NCBI GenBank assembly: GCA_023389105.1
Contig: JAEWEY010000006.1
Coordinates: 40,120-104,119, forward strand
Direction: 5' to 3'
Length of the DNA: 64,000 bases
From: Pseudomonadota bacterium
Lineage (GTDB): Bacteria; Pseudomonadota; Alphaproteobacteria; Sphingomonadales; Sphingomonadaceae
The notes under the pieces were generated by a model. It was not told the origin of the DNA, did no database searches, and saw nothing but the letters and a program-made list of their open reading frames with translations. A program made the position numbers and the translations under genes. This document shows positions 19,858-29,589 of this stretch, one piece after another. The stretch's first letter is position 1. The number at the start of each line of letters is the position of its first letter.

Positions 19858-20600
19858 AGTTCAGGGAAGACACGCTTCTCAAGCGTGGCGCGGAGGTAGG
19901 GCGCGCCGGCCGAGCCGCCCGTGCCCTGCTTGTTGCCGATGATTCTCTCGACGGTAAGCACATGCTTGTGGCGCCAGGCGGCGAGCGCATCGTCGATGTC
20001 GACCAGCTTCTCCGCGAGTTCGTACAGGTCGAACCAGCGCTCGGCATCGCGATAGATCTTGAGCCAGGCCGCAGCCACGGCTTCCGTCGAATGGTCGCCG
20101 AGATCGAAGCCAGCCCGTTCGAGCGCCGCGTGGGCTGCTTCGCGCAGGCTCGGCTCTTCGAGCGCCCGCTTCAGTGCCGCGCGCTCGGCACTGCCTTCGG
20201 CATAATGTTTGATGAAATTCGGCTCCTTCAATCCGAGGCGGAATTCGATTTCCCGAAATTGCGCGGACTGGAACCCAGATGAAGTTCCGAGCACATCGCG
20301 AAATTTGAGATAATCGACCGGCGTCAGCGTCGACAGCACGTCCCAGGACAGCGTCATCACTGCTTGAATGCGGCTGATCCGCGCCATCGCCTTATAGGCT
20401 TCGGCGAAGCGGTCCGCCTGCACGAAGTCGATCGCCAACCGCAGCTCGTGAAGGAGCTGCTTCATCCACAGCTCCTTCGTCTGATGGATGACAATGAACA
20501 GCATCTCGTCGTGCAGCGACGACAAGGGCTGCTGCGCCGACAGGATCTGGTCGAGCTTCAGATAGTCGGCATAGGTCATGCCGGCGGGCGTCGCGGTCAT
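19833..20600 (-). CDS. kynA: tryptophan 2,3-dioxygenase
   Basis: MTYADYLKLDQILSAQQP...HDEMLFIVIHQTKELWMKQ...SGFQSAQFREIEFRLG. This reads as a canonical bacterial TDO. Confidence 0.9.
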   Translation of the reverse strand: MTATPAGMTYADYLKLDQILSAQQPLSSLHDEMLFIVIHQTKELWMKQLLHELRLAIDFVQADRFAEAYKAMARISRIQAVMTLSWDVLSTLTPVDYLKFRDVLGTSSGFQSAQFREIEFRLGLKEPNFIKHYAEGSAERAALKRALEEPSLREAAHAALERAGFDLGDHSTEAVAAAWLKIYRDAERWFDLYELAEKLVDIDDALAAWRHKHVLTVERIIGNKQGTGGSAGAPYLRATLEKRVFPELWSLRTDL

Positions 20601-20652
20601 GGGCGACGCTTAAGCGAAACAACCGCCACGCGGAAGGCGGAGCAGACTTCGC

Positions 20653-21117
20653 TTACTGGCCGGGATTTTGATTGCCCGGAAGACCCGGCGCACCGACCTG
20701 ACCGATGCCGCCGAATAGCTCTTCAAAGAAGCTGCGCTTGCGGCCAAGCGTCGGCGTCTTCTTGCCATACGGGTCGACGTTCATCACCAATTCCTTGCCG
20801 GTCTCCTGAACCGCCGACACGTTCCCCTTCGGATCGAAGCGGACGATCAAGGTCGTCTGCTTGCGAACACTAGGGTTGCGAAACGCCACCTGGTTGGTGT
20901 CGCGCGAAATATAGTACCACTCATTGGAATTGAATTGGCCGGCAAAGGTGGGACGGCCCAGCAGCTTGGCCACGGAATCCTTGTTGTCGACGCCCGGCTG
21001 AATGCCCGCGACAAGCTGCTGGTCCAGCACGACTCCCTTGTGCTGGCGGAACTGCGCGCACCCCGAGACGAGCACTGCAGAACCGGCAATCGCCAACGTC
21101 AAAACCGGAAGCTTCAT
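20653..21117 (-). CDS. bamE: outer membrane protein assembly factor BamE (SmpA/OmlA)
   Basis: Lipobox LVSGC. Pattern GVDNKDSVAKLLGRPTFAGQFNSNEWYYI. Confidence 0.85.
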   Translation of the reverse strand: MKLPVLTLAIAGSAVLVSGCAQFRQHKGVVLDQQLVAGIQPGVDNKDSVAKLLGRPTFAGQFNSNEWYYISRDTNQVAFRNPSVRKQTTLIVRFDPKGNVSAVQETGKELVMNVDPYGKKTPTLGRKRSFFEELFGGIGQVGAPGLPGNQNPGQ

Positions 21118-21220
21118 CGAAAAACCTTTGCTGGAGCGCGCGGCGCCCGAAAACTGTTGCCTTGCCTAGCGGCGGTCGCGCCTCAATATGCGGAGGGCAC
21201 TAAGCGACGCAAGGGACGCT

Positions 21221-21733
21221 ATGCTGGGTTTCCTGTTCCGGACATTAACGGCCGCGCCTTCCGAAGGTGCTCCGCTGTTCGACCGGCTGACCACCGAGGC
21301 GCGGCGGCCGGACTGGTATCTCGCCGGCGGTGTGCCGGATACGCTCGATGGACGCTTCGCAGTCTTGTCGACCTTGACGGCGATCGCGCTCATCCGGCTG
21401 GAACGCGGCGGACCTGTCGGCAAAGCGGCGACGGTCACGCTGACCGAGCGCTTCATCGAGGTGATGGAAAGCGAGCATCGTGAACTCGGGCTGGGCGACC
21501 CGACGCTGGGGAAGACCGTCCGCAAGCTGGTGGGCATGCTGGCCCGGCGAACGGGGATCTGGCGAGAAGTGCTGGCCAACGAGCGGCCATGGGACGAGGC
21601 CGTGAGGGAAAGCTTGTTCAGGGACGAGCCCGCACCCGCAGCGGTTGAGGCGGACGAAGCCGCCCTGCGGCGTTTCTGGACGCGGTTGAAAGAGGTTGCG
21701 GTTGGCGATCTGGCGAAGGGGGTACTGCCATGA
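21221..21733 (+). CDS. ubiquinol-cytochrome c chaperone domain protein
   Basis: Start at MLGFLF with AAGGGA 4 nt upstream. Pattern DTLDGRFAVLSTLTAIALIRLE...FIEVMESEHRELGLGDPTLGK. The alphaproteobacterial bamE/yceD neighbourhood supports the call. Confidence 0.75.
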   Translation: MLGFLFRTLTAAPSEGAPLFDRLTTEARRPDWYLAGGVPDTLDGRFAVLSTLTAIALIRLERGGPVGKAATVTLTERFIEVMESEHRELGLGDPTLGKTVRKLVGMLARRTGIWREVLANERPWDEAVRESLFRDEPAPAAVEADEAALRRFWTRLKEVAVGDLAKGVLP

Positions 21734-22251
21734 GCGACCAATTCGCGCACCAACTCCGGATCGATCAGATCCGCGATGGCGACCGGCTGGAATTGTCGGC
21801 GGACGAGAGCGAGCGGGCGGCAATCGCCGAGCGCCTGGGGCTTCCGTCGATCAAATGCCTGAACGCGCAGGTGACGCTTAGCCGGTCGGGTGAGACGATT
21901 CGCGCCGATGGCCGACTGGCCGCGTCGCTGGATCAGAGCTGCGTGGTTACCGGCGATCCGGTCGCTGCGCATGTCGACGAGCGCTTCGCCATCCAGTTCG
22001 TTGCCGAGCCAAAGTATGGCGTCCCCGACGATGAGATCGAGCTCGGCGAAGCCGACTGCGACACCGTTTTCTACGATGGTGCGATGATCGATCTGGGCGA
22101 GGCGCTGGCTGACACGCTGGCGCTCAGCCTCGACCCCTATCCGCGCAGCGCGGGTGTCGATGCCGCGCTGAAGGAAGCGGGCGTGATGAGCGAAGAGGAA
22201 GCGAGCCCCTTCGCCGTGCTGGCGAAGCTTCGGAAGAGCGACGAAACCTAG
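21730..22251 (+). CDS. yceD: YceD (DUF177) family protein
   Basis: ATGA overlap with the upstream gene. Pattern LDQSCVVTGDPV...DLGEALADTLALSLDPYPR. Confidence 0.8.
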   Translation: MSDQFAHQLRIDQIRDGDRLELSADESERAAIAERLGLPSIKCLNAQVTLSRSGETIRADGRLAASLDQSCVVTGDPVAAHVDERFAIQFVAEPKYGVPDDEIELGEADCDTVFYDGAMIDLGEALADTLALSLDPYPRSAGVDAALKEAGVMSEEEASPFAVLAKLRKSDET

Positions 22252-22257
22252 AACAAC

Positions 22258-22749
22258 TTAGAACGGGACGTCGTCGTCCAGGTCGGTGTCGAACGCGGCC
22301 GGCTGCGGGCGGGACTGCTGGCGCTGCGGCGGGCCACCGAAATCGTTGCCGCCGCCGAAATCGTCGTTGAAGGCGCCGCGGCCACCGCCGCCGCCCTGAC
22401 CGTCGCGACTGTCGAGCAGGACGAGTTCGCCGCGGAATTTCTGCAGCACGATTTCGGTCGTGTAGCGGTCATTACCCGACTGATCCTGCCACTTGCGGGT
22501 CTGCAGCTGGCCTTCGATATACACCTTGCTGCCCTTGCGCAGGTAGTTCTTGGCGACGCGGCCGAGGTTCTCGTTGAAGATGGCGACCGAGTGCCATTCG
22601 GTCTTTTCCTGGCGGTTGCCGTCGCGGTCCTTCCAGTTTTCCGACGTCGCGATGCGCAGGTTCACCACCTCGCCGCCATTGCTGAACGAGCGCGACTCCG
22701 GGTCCGCGCCCAGGTTGCCGACCAGAATCACCTTGTTCACGCCCGCCAT
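22258..22749 (-). CDS. ssb: single-stranded DNA-binding protein
   Basis: [18 protein letters not shown]...TEWH, a Gly-rich linker, and the acidic tip DLDDDVPF. The ATG lies 1 nt after the feoB stop. Confidence 0.95.
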   Translation of the reverse strand: MAGVNKVILVGNLGADPESRSFSNGGEVVNLRIATSENWKDRDGNRQEKTEWHSVAIFNENLGRVAKNYLRKGSKVYIEGQLQTRKWQDQSGNDRYTTEIVLQKFRGELVLLDSRDGQGGGGGRGAFNDDFGGGNDFGGPPQRQQSRPQPAAFDTDLDDDVPF

Positions 22750-22750
22750 C

Positions 22751-24607
22751 TCAAACTCCTCCAAGTCCCGCAGCGACTGCCAGCCAATAGGTCGCGCCTG
22801 CCGCGAGATAGGCCAGTGCGAACAGGTAAGTCACCATGAAAAGCGGCCACTTCCAGCCATTGGTCTCGCGCCGCGTGACGGCGATGGTCGAGATGCACTG
22901 CGGCGCGAAGACGAACCAGGCGAGGAAGGCGAGCGCGGTGGCGAGGCTCCAGCGGCCAGCCATGCGCTGCTGCAGGGTCTGGACGTTGCCGTCGTCCGTC
23001 GCGTCGAGCGAATAGACGGTGCCAATGGCCGCCACGGCCACCTCTCGCGCGGCCATAGCGGGGAGGAGCGCGAGGCTGATGTCCTTGTTGAAGCCAATCG
23101 GCGCGACGACGACGTGGATGCCGTCGGCGATCCGGCCCGCGATCGAGACGTCCGATTGCTTCTGGCCCGGCCCGGCCTGCGGGAAGCTGGCCAGTGCCCA
23201 CAGGATGACGGTGGTCGTGAGGATGATCCCGCCGGCGCGCTTGAGAAAGATCAGTGCGCGCTGCCACAGGCCCAGCGCAATGTCGGTCAGGCGCGGCATC
23301 TGGTACTTCGGCAGCTCCATCATGAAGGTGCTGCCGCCGCCCTTCACGACAGTGCGACGAAGCACCAAGGCCGCGATCAAGGCCCCGAGGACGCCCGCCA
23401 GGTAAAGGCCGAACATCACGAGTCCCTGAAGGCCGATACCCCAGCCGACGCTGCGCGCGGGAATGAAAGCGCCGATGATCAACGTGTATACCGGCAGCCG
23501 AGCCGAGCAGGTCATCAGCGGCGCGACGAGAATCGTTGTCAGGCGGTCCTTGGGATCGTCGATCGTGCGCGTCGCCATAATGCCCGGCACCGCGCAGGCG
23601 AAGCTGGATAGCAGGGGGATGAAGGCGCGGCCGGAGAGCCCGGCGCGGCTCATCACCCGATCCATCAGGAAGGCTGCGCGTACCATGTAGCCGGTCGATT
23701 CGAGCACCAGGATGAAGAGGAACAGCATCAGGATCGGCGGCAGAAAAACGATCACCGCTCCGACCCCACCGAACACACCGTCGACGATCAGCGAGCGGAC
23801 GATTCCTTTGGGCAACGCATCGCCGATCCAGCCACCCCCGGTAGCGACCCAGGCGGCGAGGGCGTCGGCGGGCGGCTTGCTCCACGCAAAGACCGCTTGG
23901 AACATGACGAATAGAATCGCGGCAAGAATGAGCAGCCCGAAAATCGGATGGAGCAGCACCCCATCGAGCCGGTGCGTCAGGCGGCGCGTCGGCGTTTCGC
24001 TGACGATCGCCCCCAATGCGATCTCCCGGGCGCGGCGCTGAAGGTTCAGGCCGTCGTGACTGGGGCCGTGGCCGGGGCGGATGGCCCGCGGGGTGAGCAG
24101 CATGGTGTCGAGCTGCGCAAGCAGCGTGTCGATGCCGCGCTTGCGCACCGCAACCGTGGCGATGACCGGAACGCCGAGTTCCTTCTGGAGCTTGGCGGCG
24201 TCGAGTTCGAGTCCATCGCGCTTGGCGAGGTCGACCATGTTAAGGGCGACGACCGTCGGCAGGCCGAGATCGATCAGCTGCAAGGCGAAGCGGAGGTGGT
24301 TGTCGAGGTTGGACGCGTCGACGACGATCAGCAGCGCGTCCGGTAGCCGCTCACCTTTTTGCTGGCCGAGCAGGACATCGCGCGTGACGGCTTCGTCGGG
24401 GCTGGCCGGGTCGAGACTGTAGGCGCCGGGAAGATCGACCAGTTCCACCGGGCGACCATCACCAAGGAGCAAACGACCCGAATGACGTTCGACCGTGACG
24501 CCGGGATAGTTGCCGACCTTCTGGCGCGCGCCGGTTAGGGCGTTGAACAGCGCGCTCTTGCCGGCATTCGGACTGCCGGCGACGGCGATCAGCGGCGGCG
24601 GGTTCAC
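22751..24607 (-). CDS. feoB: ferrous iron transporter FeoB
   Basis: N-terminal G-domain [16 protein letters not shown]...NYPGVTVE...DLPG, followed by a polytopic membrane domain. Confidence 0.95.
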   Translation of the reverse strand: MNPPPLIAVAGSPNAGKSALFNALTGARQKVGNYPGVTVERHSGRLLLGDGRPVELVDLPGAYSLDPASPDEAVTRDVLLGQQKGERLPDALLIVVDASNLDNHLRFALQLIDLGLPTVVALNMVDLAKRDGLELDAAKLQKELGVPVIATVAVRKRGIDTLLAQLDTMLLTPRAIRPGHGPSHDGLNLQRRAREIALGAIVSETPTRRLTHRLDGVLLHPIFGLLILAAILFVMFQAVFAWSKPPADALAAWVATGGGWIGDALPKGIVRSLIVDGVFGGVGAVIVFLPPILMLFLFILVLESTGYMVRAAFLMDRVMSRAGLSGRAFIPLLSSFACAVPGIMATRTIDDPKDRLTTILVAPLMTCSARLPVYTLIIGAFIPARSVGWGIGLQGLVMFGLYLAGVLGALIAALVLRRTVVKGGGSTFMMELPKYQMPRLTDIALGLWQRALIFLKRAGGIILTTTVILWALASFPQAGPGQKQSDVSIAGRIADGIHVVVAPIGFNKDISLALLPAMAAREVAVAAIGTVYSLDATDDGNVQTLQQRMAGRWSLATALAFLAWFVFAPQCISTIAVTRRETNGWKWPLFMVTYLFALAYLAAGATYWLAVAAGLGGV

Positions 24608-24870
24608 TTGATCGGCTGGACTTTGATCGCGGCAGCATGGCGCCGCCGGATGGCGACGGTCATGCGGCCAACGCGGATCGCGATAGGATCCCGCCCGAAT
24701 GGACCGAGGTGAAGGGGCTCAACCGCGACACCTTCGTCGAAGCCGAAATTGCGCAGCCGGCTCGCGGCACTGTCATCAAGCACCGTCCAGTCGATTTCGA
24801 CAATGCGTGCGCGCACCCCGACCTCGATGAGGTCGAGACTTGTTGGATCGGGCTGGAACGGCGCGTTCAT
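24604..24870 (-). CDS. feoA: FeoA family protein
   Basis: 88 aa with a 4-nt overlap onto feoB. SH3-like FeoA pattern RIVEID...RLRNFGFDEGVAVEPL...IAIRVGRMTVAIRR. Confidence 0.85.
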   Translation of the reverse strand: MNAPFQPDPTSLDLIEVGVRARIVEIDWTVLDDSAASRLRNFGFDEGVAVEPLHLGPFGRDPIAIRVGRMTVAIRRRHAAAIKVQPIK

Positions 24871-24874
24871 TGTT

Positions 24875-24893
24875 GCGAGTGATTATCATTACC
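24875..24893 (-). promoter_or_regulatory. Fur-box-like operator directly upstream of feoA
   Basis: The minus strand reads GGTAATGATAATCACTCGC, which matches the classical GATAATGATAATCATTATC at 15 of 19 positions by my count. It ends 5 nt before the feoA ATG and contains a GATAAT -10-like hexamer. Confidence 0.6.
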
Positions 24894-24949
24894 GGATGCG
24901 GGTTTCCACATCCAATTGCAGACGCGTCACGTGAGCGCGATCCGGAAGT

Positions 24950-25609
24950 CTACCTAGGCGGGTATCGGAGCCGGCCGAGAAAGCGCGTGATGCTGAGATG
25001 ATCTCCGGAGCCGCGCCATTCGGCTTTGAACTTCTCGAACTTCATCACGTCGTCGATCCGGCGGTCGAGGAACGCCGCCGTATCCGTCCAGCCCTCGGTT
25101 TGATCGTCGAGCCAGGCGAGCAGGGTCGAGCCGTATACGGCGCCGAGCGTCATCCGCTTGGTGTAGTGGTTGAAGTCGGTGCTGGTGTCGCCGGCGAGCC
25201 TCCACATCTGGTCGGCGGTCCGCCACGAGATGCGCAGCGCGAGCGGGACGTTCTGCGGCATCGCGAGCGTGGCCATCGCGCGGCGAATCGCCTCGCGGGC
25301 CGGACCCATGATCTCCAGCCGATGCCAGACGAGCGCACGGATGCGCTCGCGGATCTTCATCGCGGCGATGCGGTCGGGCGGGAACGACGCTTCGAGACCG
25401 CGGTCGACTTCCTGGATGTAAGTGTCGATTATGCCTGCCGCGGTCTTCGGCATGGCGAGCCGCGCCTGCACCGGATCAATGCCGAGCTGGGCGGCAGCGC
25501 TGTCCACTGCAGCCTGCGACCAGCCGTCGAACACGGCATTCTCACCGACTGCGAGCGCCAGACGGCGGCGCAATTGCTCCAGTGGGCTGGGCTGATCCAT
25601 CGCGCTCAA
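24950..25609 (-). CDS. COQ9 family protein (rpsU-divergently-transcribed type)
   Basis: Pattern FDGWSQAAVDSAAAQLGID...IRALVWHRLE...TDFNHYTKRMTLGAVYGSTLLAWLDD. This is typical of alphaproteobacterial COQ9-like proteins. Confidence 0.75.
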   Translation of the reverse strand: MSAMDQPSPLEQLRRRLALAVGENAVFDGWSQAAVDSAAAQLGIDPVQARLAMPKTAAGIIDTYIQEVDRGLEASFPPDRIAAMKIRERIRALVWHRLEIMGPAREAIRRAMATLAMPQNVPLALRISWRTADQMWRLAGDTSTDFNHYTKRMTLGAVYGSTLLAWLDDQTEGWTDTAAFLDRRIDDVMKFEKFKAEWRGSGDHLSITRFLGRLRYPPR

Positions 25610-26499
25610 CTGGGCGCGTCGGCTTGCTTGCGCAACCCCCGCTCAGGCAGACGGACGATGACCAGCGCCGCAGCGATGCCGAGTGCGCCGATGGCATCGG
25701 TCGCGGATAGGCCTTCGCGATAGGCGAACCAGCCGATTAGCGCGGAGATCGCCGGCTGGGTCAGCAGTGCGAGACCGACCACGAGCGGCGGAAAGGTGCC
25801 GATCGAATAGACGAGCAGCCCCTGCCCGAGCACCTGGCTCGACAGCGCGAAGATGATCAGCGGCGTCCAGTTGCTGGGCCAGATTTGCTCGCCGAGGCCG
25901 ACGCTGATCATCAGCAGCATCGGCATGCCGAACAGAGTCGCGAGGAGGAGTAGCGGCAGCGGCTTGAGCGACCCGCGCGCGCGTTCGACGAAGACCAGAT
26001 AGCCGCCATAGAGGAGCCCCGCCACCAGGGTCAGGACGTCACCAGCAAAGTTCTTCGGCGAGAGCTTGTAGCTGCCGCCCATCAGCAGCGCCGCGCCACC
26101 GGCCGCGAGTGCCAGCGCGATCGCCTGCTGGGCGGACGGGCGCCTGTGGGCCAGCCACAATCCGTAGATGGCGAAGACGAAGCTGCCGGTGTTGCCGAAG
26201 AGCGTCGCGTTCCCAAGCTTGGTCATTAGGATCCCGGCATTCCACGCGGCCAGGTCGAGCACGTAGAATGTCGCGGCAATCAGGATCGCGACGGTCACCG
26301 CTCGGGACGGCCAATGCGGTCGCTGCCCCGACAGGTGAGCAAGCGCGAACAGGAACGGCAGCGCGATGGTCACGCGCCAGAAACCGATCGCCACGGGGCC
26401 GACATCGGCAAGACGGACCAGCCACGGTCCGAACGCGAGGGCGACATTGCCCAGCAGGAGCGCCGGAAACGCCAATCGATGAGGAGTTCCGGCGGCCAT
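25606..26499 (-). CDS. DMT superfamily (EamA-like) transporter
   Basis: 10 TM-like segments in two EamA-type halves. 4-nt overlap with the downstream gene. Confidence 0.8.
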   Translation of the reverse strand: MAAGTPHRLAFPALLLGNVALAFGPWLVRLADVGPVAIGFWRVTIALPFLFALAHLSGQRPHWPSRAVTVAILIAATFYVLDLAAWNAGILMTKLGNATLFGNTGSFVFAIYGLWLAHRRPSAQQAIALALAAGGAALLMGGSYKLSPKNFAGDVLTLVAGLLYGGYLVFVERARGSLKPLPLLLLATLFGMPMLLMISVGLGEQIWPSNWTPLIIFALSSQVLGQGLLVYSIGTFPPLVVGLALLTQPAISALIGWFAYREGLSATDAIGALGIAAALVIVRLPERGLRKQADAPS

Positions 26500-26590
26500 G
26501 ACGCCGCGTTAGCGCCGCCTCCGCGCAGCGCAACATCGGAACGGGCGACGGCTTTACCGGTTCAGCCGTAGCGGAAGAGGAGAACAACCA

Positions 26591-27217
26591 ATGCGCAAGG
26601 CCGTCGTCGCCGGAGCCGCCGTTGGCGCGGCAACCTTGGTTGGAGCACTGATCTACTATCTCCAGGAAAAGGCGACGCCCGGCCCCGATTATCGGACGCT
26701 GGCAACGGAGGGCGACCTGGAAATTCGGTCGTACCCGAAGATCGTCGTCGCCGAAGCGGTGGTGCACGGGCCGCGCAAGAAGGCGCTGAGTGAAGGGTTT
26801 CGGATCCTCGCGGACTACATCTTCGCCAAGTCGCGCGATGGCGAGAAGCTGCCGATGACGGTGCCGGTGATGCAGGACGGCGGCAACCCGATGGCCAGCG
26901 ATCCGCCGGTGTTCGACGACGATGTCGAAGGTGCATGGCGGGTGCGGTTCGTAATGCCGGACGGTCGCACGGCGGACGATCTGCCCGAGCCGCCGGAAGA
27001 GGTGTCGCTGATCGAAGTCGAGCCTCGCAAGGTCGGCGCGGCTCGGTTCAGCGGGGTCGCGGATGACGACCGGCTGCAGGAATGCGAGGACCGGCTGCGC
27101 GGCTGGCTGGCGCGGCAAGGCGAGACGCCGACTGCGGCCGCGGAATATGCATTCTACAATTCGCCGATGATCCCGCCGCCGCTGCGGCGCAGCGAAGTGA
27201 TCATTCCGCTGAGTTAG
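26591..27217 (+). CDS. SOUL heme-binding family protein
   Basis: N-terminal anchor, then [22 protein letters not shown]...[10 protein letters not shown]...MTVPV...[20 protein letters not shown]. Confidence 0.8.
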   Translation: MRKAVVAGAAVGAATLVGALIYYLQEKATPGPDYRTLATEGDLEIRSYPKIVVAEAVVHGPRKKALSEGFRILADYIFAKSRDGEKLPMTVPVMQDGGNPMASDPPVFDDDVEGAWRVRFVMPDGRTADDLPEPPEEVSLIEVEPRKVGAARFSGVADDDRLQECEDRLRGWLARQGETPTAAAEYAFYNSPMIPPPLRRSEVIIPLS

Positions 27218-27636
27218 GGCGCGTATTTTTCGCGTAGCTCGAATAAAGCGAGGGCCGCGCGAGCAGCTGCGCCGCCCTTGTCGAGCTGGGCGGGGTCGCA
27301 GCGGACGATCGCCTGCGCTTCGTTCTCGACGGTCATGATGCCGTTCCCGATGGCGAAGCCCTGCAATGTCAGGTCCATCAGGCCCCGCGCGCTCTCGTTC
27401 GAGACGATTTCGAAATGGTAGGTTTCGCCGCGGATGACGACCCCAAGCGCGACAAAGGCGCAGAAGCGGCCGCTGCGGGCGGCGAGCGCGATCGCCCCGG
27501 GCAGCTCGAGCGCGCCCGGGACCGTCAGTGTTTCATGCTTGTGTCCGGCTGCCTCGATCGCCGCGCGGGCGCCGGCGAGCAGCATGTCGTTGAGGTGGCC
27601 ATAAAAGCGGGCCTCGACGAGGAGGATAGTCGCCAT
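27214..27636 (-). CDS. ribH: 6,7-dimethyl-8-ribityllumazine synthase
   Basis: ILLVEARFY...VPGALELP...[17 protein letters not shown]. Last gene of the rib operon. Confidence 0.9.
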   Translation of the reverse strand: MATILLVEARFYGHLNDMLLAGARAAIEAAGHKHETLTVPGALELPGAIALAARSGRFCAFVALGVVIRGETYHFEIVSNESARGLMDLTLQGFAIGNGIMTVENEAQAIVRCDPAQLDKGGAAARAALALFELREKYAP

Positions 27637-28919
27637 CAGGCAACCTCCTCGATGCGACGTTCCTCGACGATGGCGAGGCCGTAGCCCGCCAGGCCCACCG
27701 GCGAGTGGTGCGTGTTCGACAGCAGGATCATGTCGTGGACTCCGAGCGCCGCGAGAATCTGCGCACCGGTGCCATAGCCGCGAACGGCGTCGCCGCCTTC
27801 GACGGGCTTGCCGGCGCGGGCGTCGATGGCGCGCGACAGCGATCCCGGCGCGGCGGCATGGAGCGTGACCACCACGCCCGAGCCCTCGGCCTCGATCATG
27901 CGCATGGCATTCTGGAGCACGCCCGAGCGCTGGCAGGATTCGCCGAGCACGTCGGCGAACAGGTCGAGGCTGTGCATGCGGACCATCACCGGCTGCTCGG
28001 GATCGAGGGCGCCGTGGACCAGCGCGAGCTGTTCCTCGCCATTGGACTTGTCGCGAAACACCTGCGCCTGCCAGTCGGCCCCGCTGCGCGCGGTGAATGG
28101 CGTGCTGGCGACGCGCTCGACAAGGTGATCCTTCTTCAGGCGGTAGGCGATGAGGTCGCGGATCGTGCCGATCTTGAGGCCGTGGGCGCGCGCGAAATCC
28201 ATCAGGTCGTCGAGGCGGGCCATGGTGCCGTCCTCGCGCATGATCTCGCAGATGACGCCGCTGGGGTTGAGGCCGGCGAGCCGAGAGACGTCCACGGCGG
28301 CCTCGGTGTGGCCGGCGCGGACGAGGACGCCGCCCGGCTTGGCGATGAGCGGGAAGACGTGGCCGGGGGAGACGATGGCATCCGCCCCATGCGCGGCATC
28401 GATGGCGACGGCGATGGTGCGGGCGCGGTCGGCCGCGCTGATGCCGGTAGAAATGCCCTCGCGCGCCTCGATCGAGACGGTGAAGGCGGTCTCATTGCGG
28501 CTGCGGTTGGTGCGCGCCATCGGTTCAAGCCCGAGCTGGTCGGCACGATCCTTGGTCAGCGCCAGACAGATCAGGCCGCGGCCGTGGCGGGCCATGAAGT
28601 TGATCGCTTCGGGCGTGGCCATTTGCGCCGGGATGATGAGGTCGCCCTCGTTCTCGCGGTCCTCATCGTCGACGAGGATGTACATGCGCCCGTTGCGCGC
28701 CTCGTTGATGATCTCCTCGGGCCCGACCAGCACCTCGGTGTTGCCGCGCTGGATCAGGCGTTCGAGGCGACCGAGCGTGTCGGCGGTGGGGTTCCAGTCG
28801 GGTTGGCCGAGTTTCCGCAGGCTGTTGGGATGGAGACCTGCAGCCCGGGCCAGGCCGGCGCGGCTGACCTCGCCGGTGTGAATGATCGCGTTGAGGCGAT
28901 CGATGAGAGTGGTGCTCAT
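27636..28919 (-). CDS. ribB: 3,4-dihydroxy-2-butanone-4-phosphate synthase fused to a degenerate GTP-cyclohydrolase-II-like domain (RibBX type), with an N-terminal HTH-like extension
   Basis: DHBPS core [22 protein letters not shown]...[11 protein letters not shown]. The C-terminal domain aligns to GCH II but reads [16 protein letters not shown] where the Zn-binding cysteines are expected. The first 60 or so residues ([22 protein letters not shown]) are GC3-rich and therefore probably translated. Confidence 0.9.
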   Translation of the reverse strand: MSTTLIDRLNAIIHTGEVSRAGLARAAGLHPNSLRKLGQPDWNPTADTLGRLERLIQRGNTEVLVGPEEIINEARNGRMYILVDDEDRENEGDLIIPAQMATPEAINFMARHGRGLICLALTKDRADQLGLEPMARTNRSRNETAFTVSIEAREGISTGISAADRARTIAVAIDAAHGADAIVSPGHVFPLIAKPGGVLVRAGHTEAAVDVSRLAGLNPSGVICEIMREDGTMARLDDLMDFARAHGLKIGTIRDLIAYRLKKDHLVERVASTPFTARSGADWQAQVFRDKSNGEEQLALVHGALDPEQPVMVRMHSLDLFADVLGESCQRSGVLQNAMRMIEAEGSGVVVTLHAAAPGSLSRAIDARAGKPVEGGDAVRGYGTGAQILAALGVHDMILLSNTHHSPVGLAGYGLAIVEERRIEEVA

Positions 28920-28930
28920 AGAGGCCCATT

Positions 28931-28948
28931 ATCACATTGCAATGTGAT
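28931..28948. promoter_or_regulatory. perfect 18-bp palindrome ATCACATTGCAATGTGAT between ribE and ribB
   Basis: Read directly from the sequence. It ends 11 nt upstream of the ribB ATG and is AT-rich in a GC-rich operon. Confidence 0.45.
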
Positions 28949-28971
28949 GAAAAGAAGGAACAGTGTTGTTC

Positions 28972-29580
28972 CTACTGTGCGCGGGCAGCCAGCATCCGAT
29001 CCAGATAGCGCGCTAGAACGTCAATCTCGACATTCAGTTGTTGCCCGGCCTTCAGCGCGCCGAGCGTGGTGTGCGATGCCGTGTGCGGGATGATGTTGAC
29101 GGCGAAATGCGCATCGCCGTCTTCCGCATTTCGCACCTCGTTGACGGTAAGCGACACGCCATCGAGCGTGACCGAGCCTTTCGGCGCGATCATTGGCGCG
29201 AGCGCTGGCGGGACGGAGATTCCGATGCGGGTCGAATCGCCTTCGGGACACGTACCGACTACCGTGGCGACCGCGTCGACGTGGCCGGTGACGATATGGC
29301 CGCCTAATTCGTCACCAAGGCGCAGCGCGCGCTCCAGGTTCAAACGCGCGCCCTCCTGCCAGTGATCGGCGGCGGTCTTCGAGAGGGTTTCGCCGGACAC
29401 GTCCACGGCAAACCAGTCGTCGCCCTTGTCGACGACAGTGAGGCAGACTCCCGAGCAAGAGATCGAGGCGCCGAGGTCGACGGTGGCGAGATCGTAGGCC
29501 GTACCGATGGTCAGGCGCAGGTCGCCGCGCTGCTCCGCCTTGCGGACCGTGCCGACGTCGGTGACGATGCCCGTGAACAT
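28972..29580 (-). CDS. ribE: riboflavin synthase (alpha chain)
   Basis: MFTGIVTDVGTV...SISCSGVCLTV, with the duplicated lumazine-binding half GHVD...GSVTLDGVSLTV. Confidence 0.92.
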   Translation of the reverse strand: MFTGIVTDVGTVRKAEQRGDLRLTIGTAYDLATVDLGASISCSGVCLTVVDKGDDWFAVDVSGETLSKTAADHWQEGARLNLERALRLGDELGGHIVTGHVDAVATVVGTCPEGDSTRIGISVPPALAPMIAPKGSVTLDGVSLTVNEVRNAEDGDAHFAVNIIPHTASHTTLGALKAGQQLNVEIDVLARYLDRMLAARAQ

Positions 29581-29589
29581 GATGGCCGC

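Noticed and set aside
20611-20655. Nested hairpins (TAAGCGAA...TTCGCTTA enclosing CCGCC...GGCGG) between bamE and kynA, considered as a terminator or riboregulator.
   Set aside because: The stems are short, the outer arm overlaps the bamE stop codon, and only a weak U-tract follows. That is not enough to call a feature.
27705-29093. Long antisense ORFs of 350-490 aa lie opposite well-supported genes. Examples are 27705-29093, 29362-30660, 31830-33134, 34832-36283, 58518-59978, 13817-15175, 22550-23611 and 10783-11931.
   Set aside because: These are typical shadow ORFs of a high-GC genome. Their products are Arg/Ala/Gly-rich with no motifs. The opposite strand encodes unmistakable conserved proteins (ribB, ribD, gltX, nadE, PBP, dnaN, feoB, rhlE).
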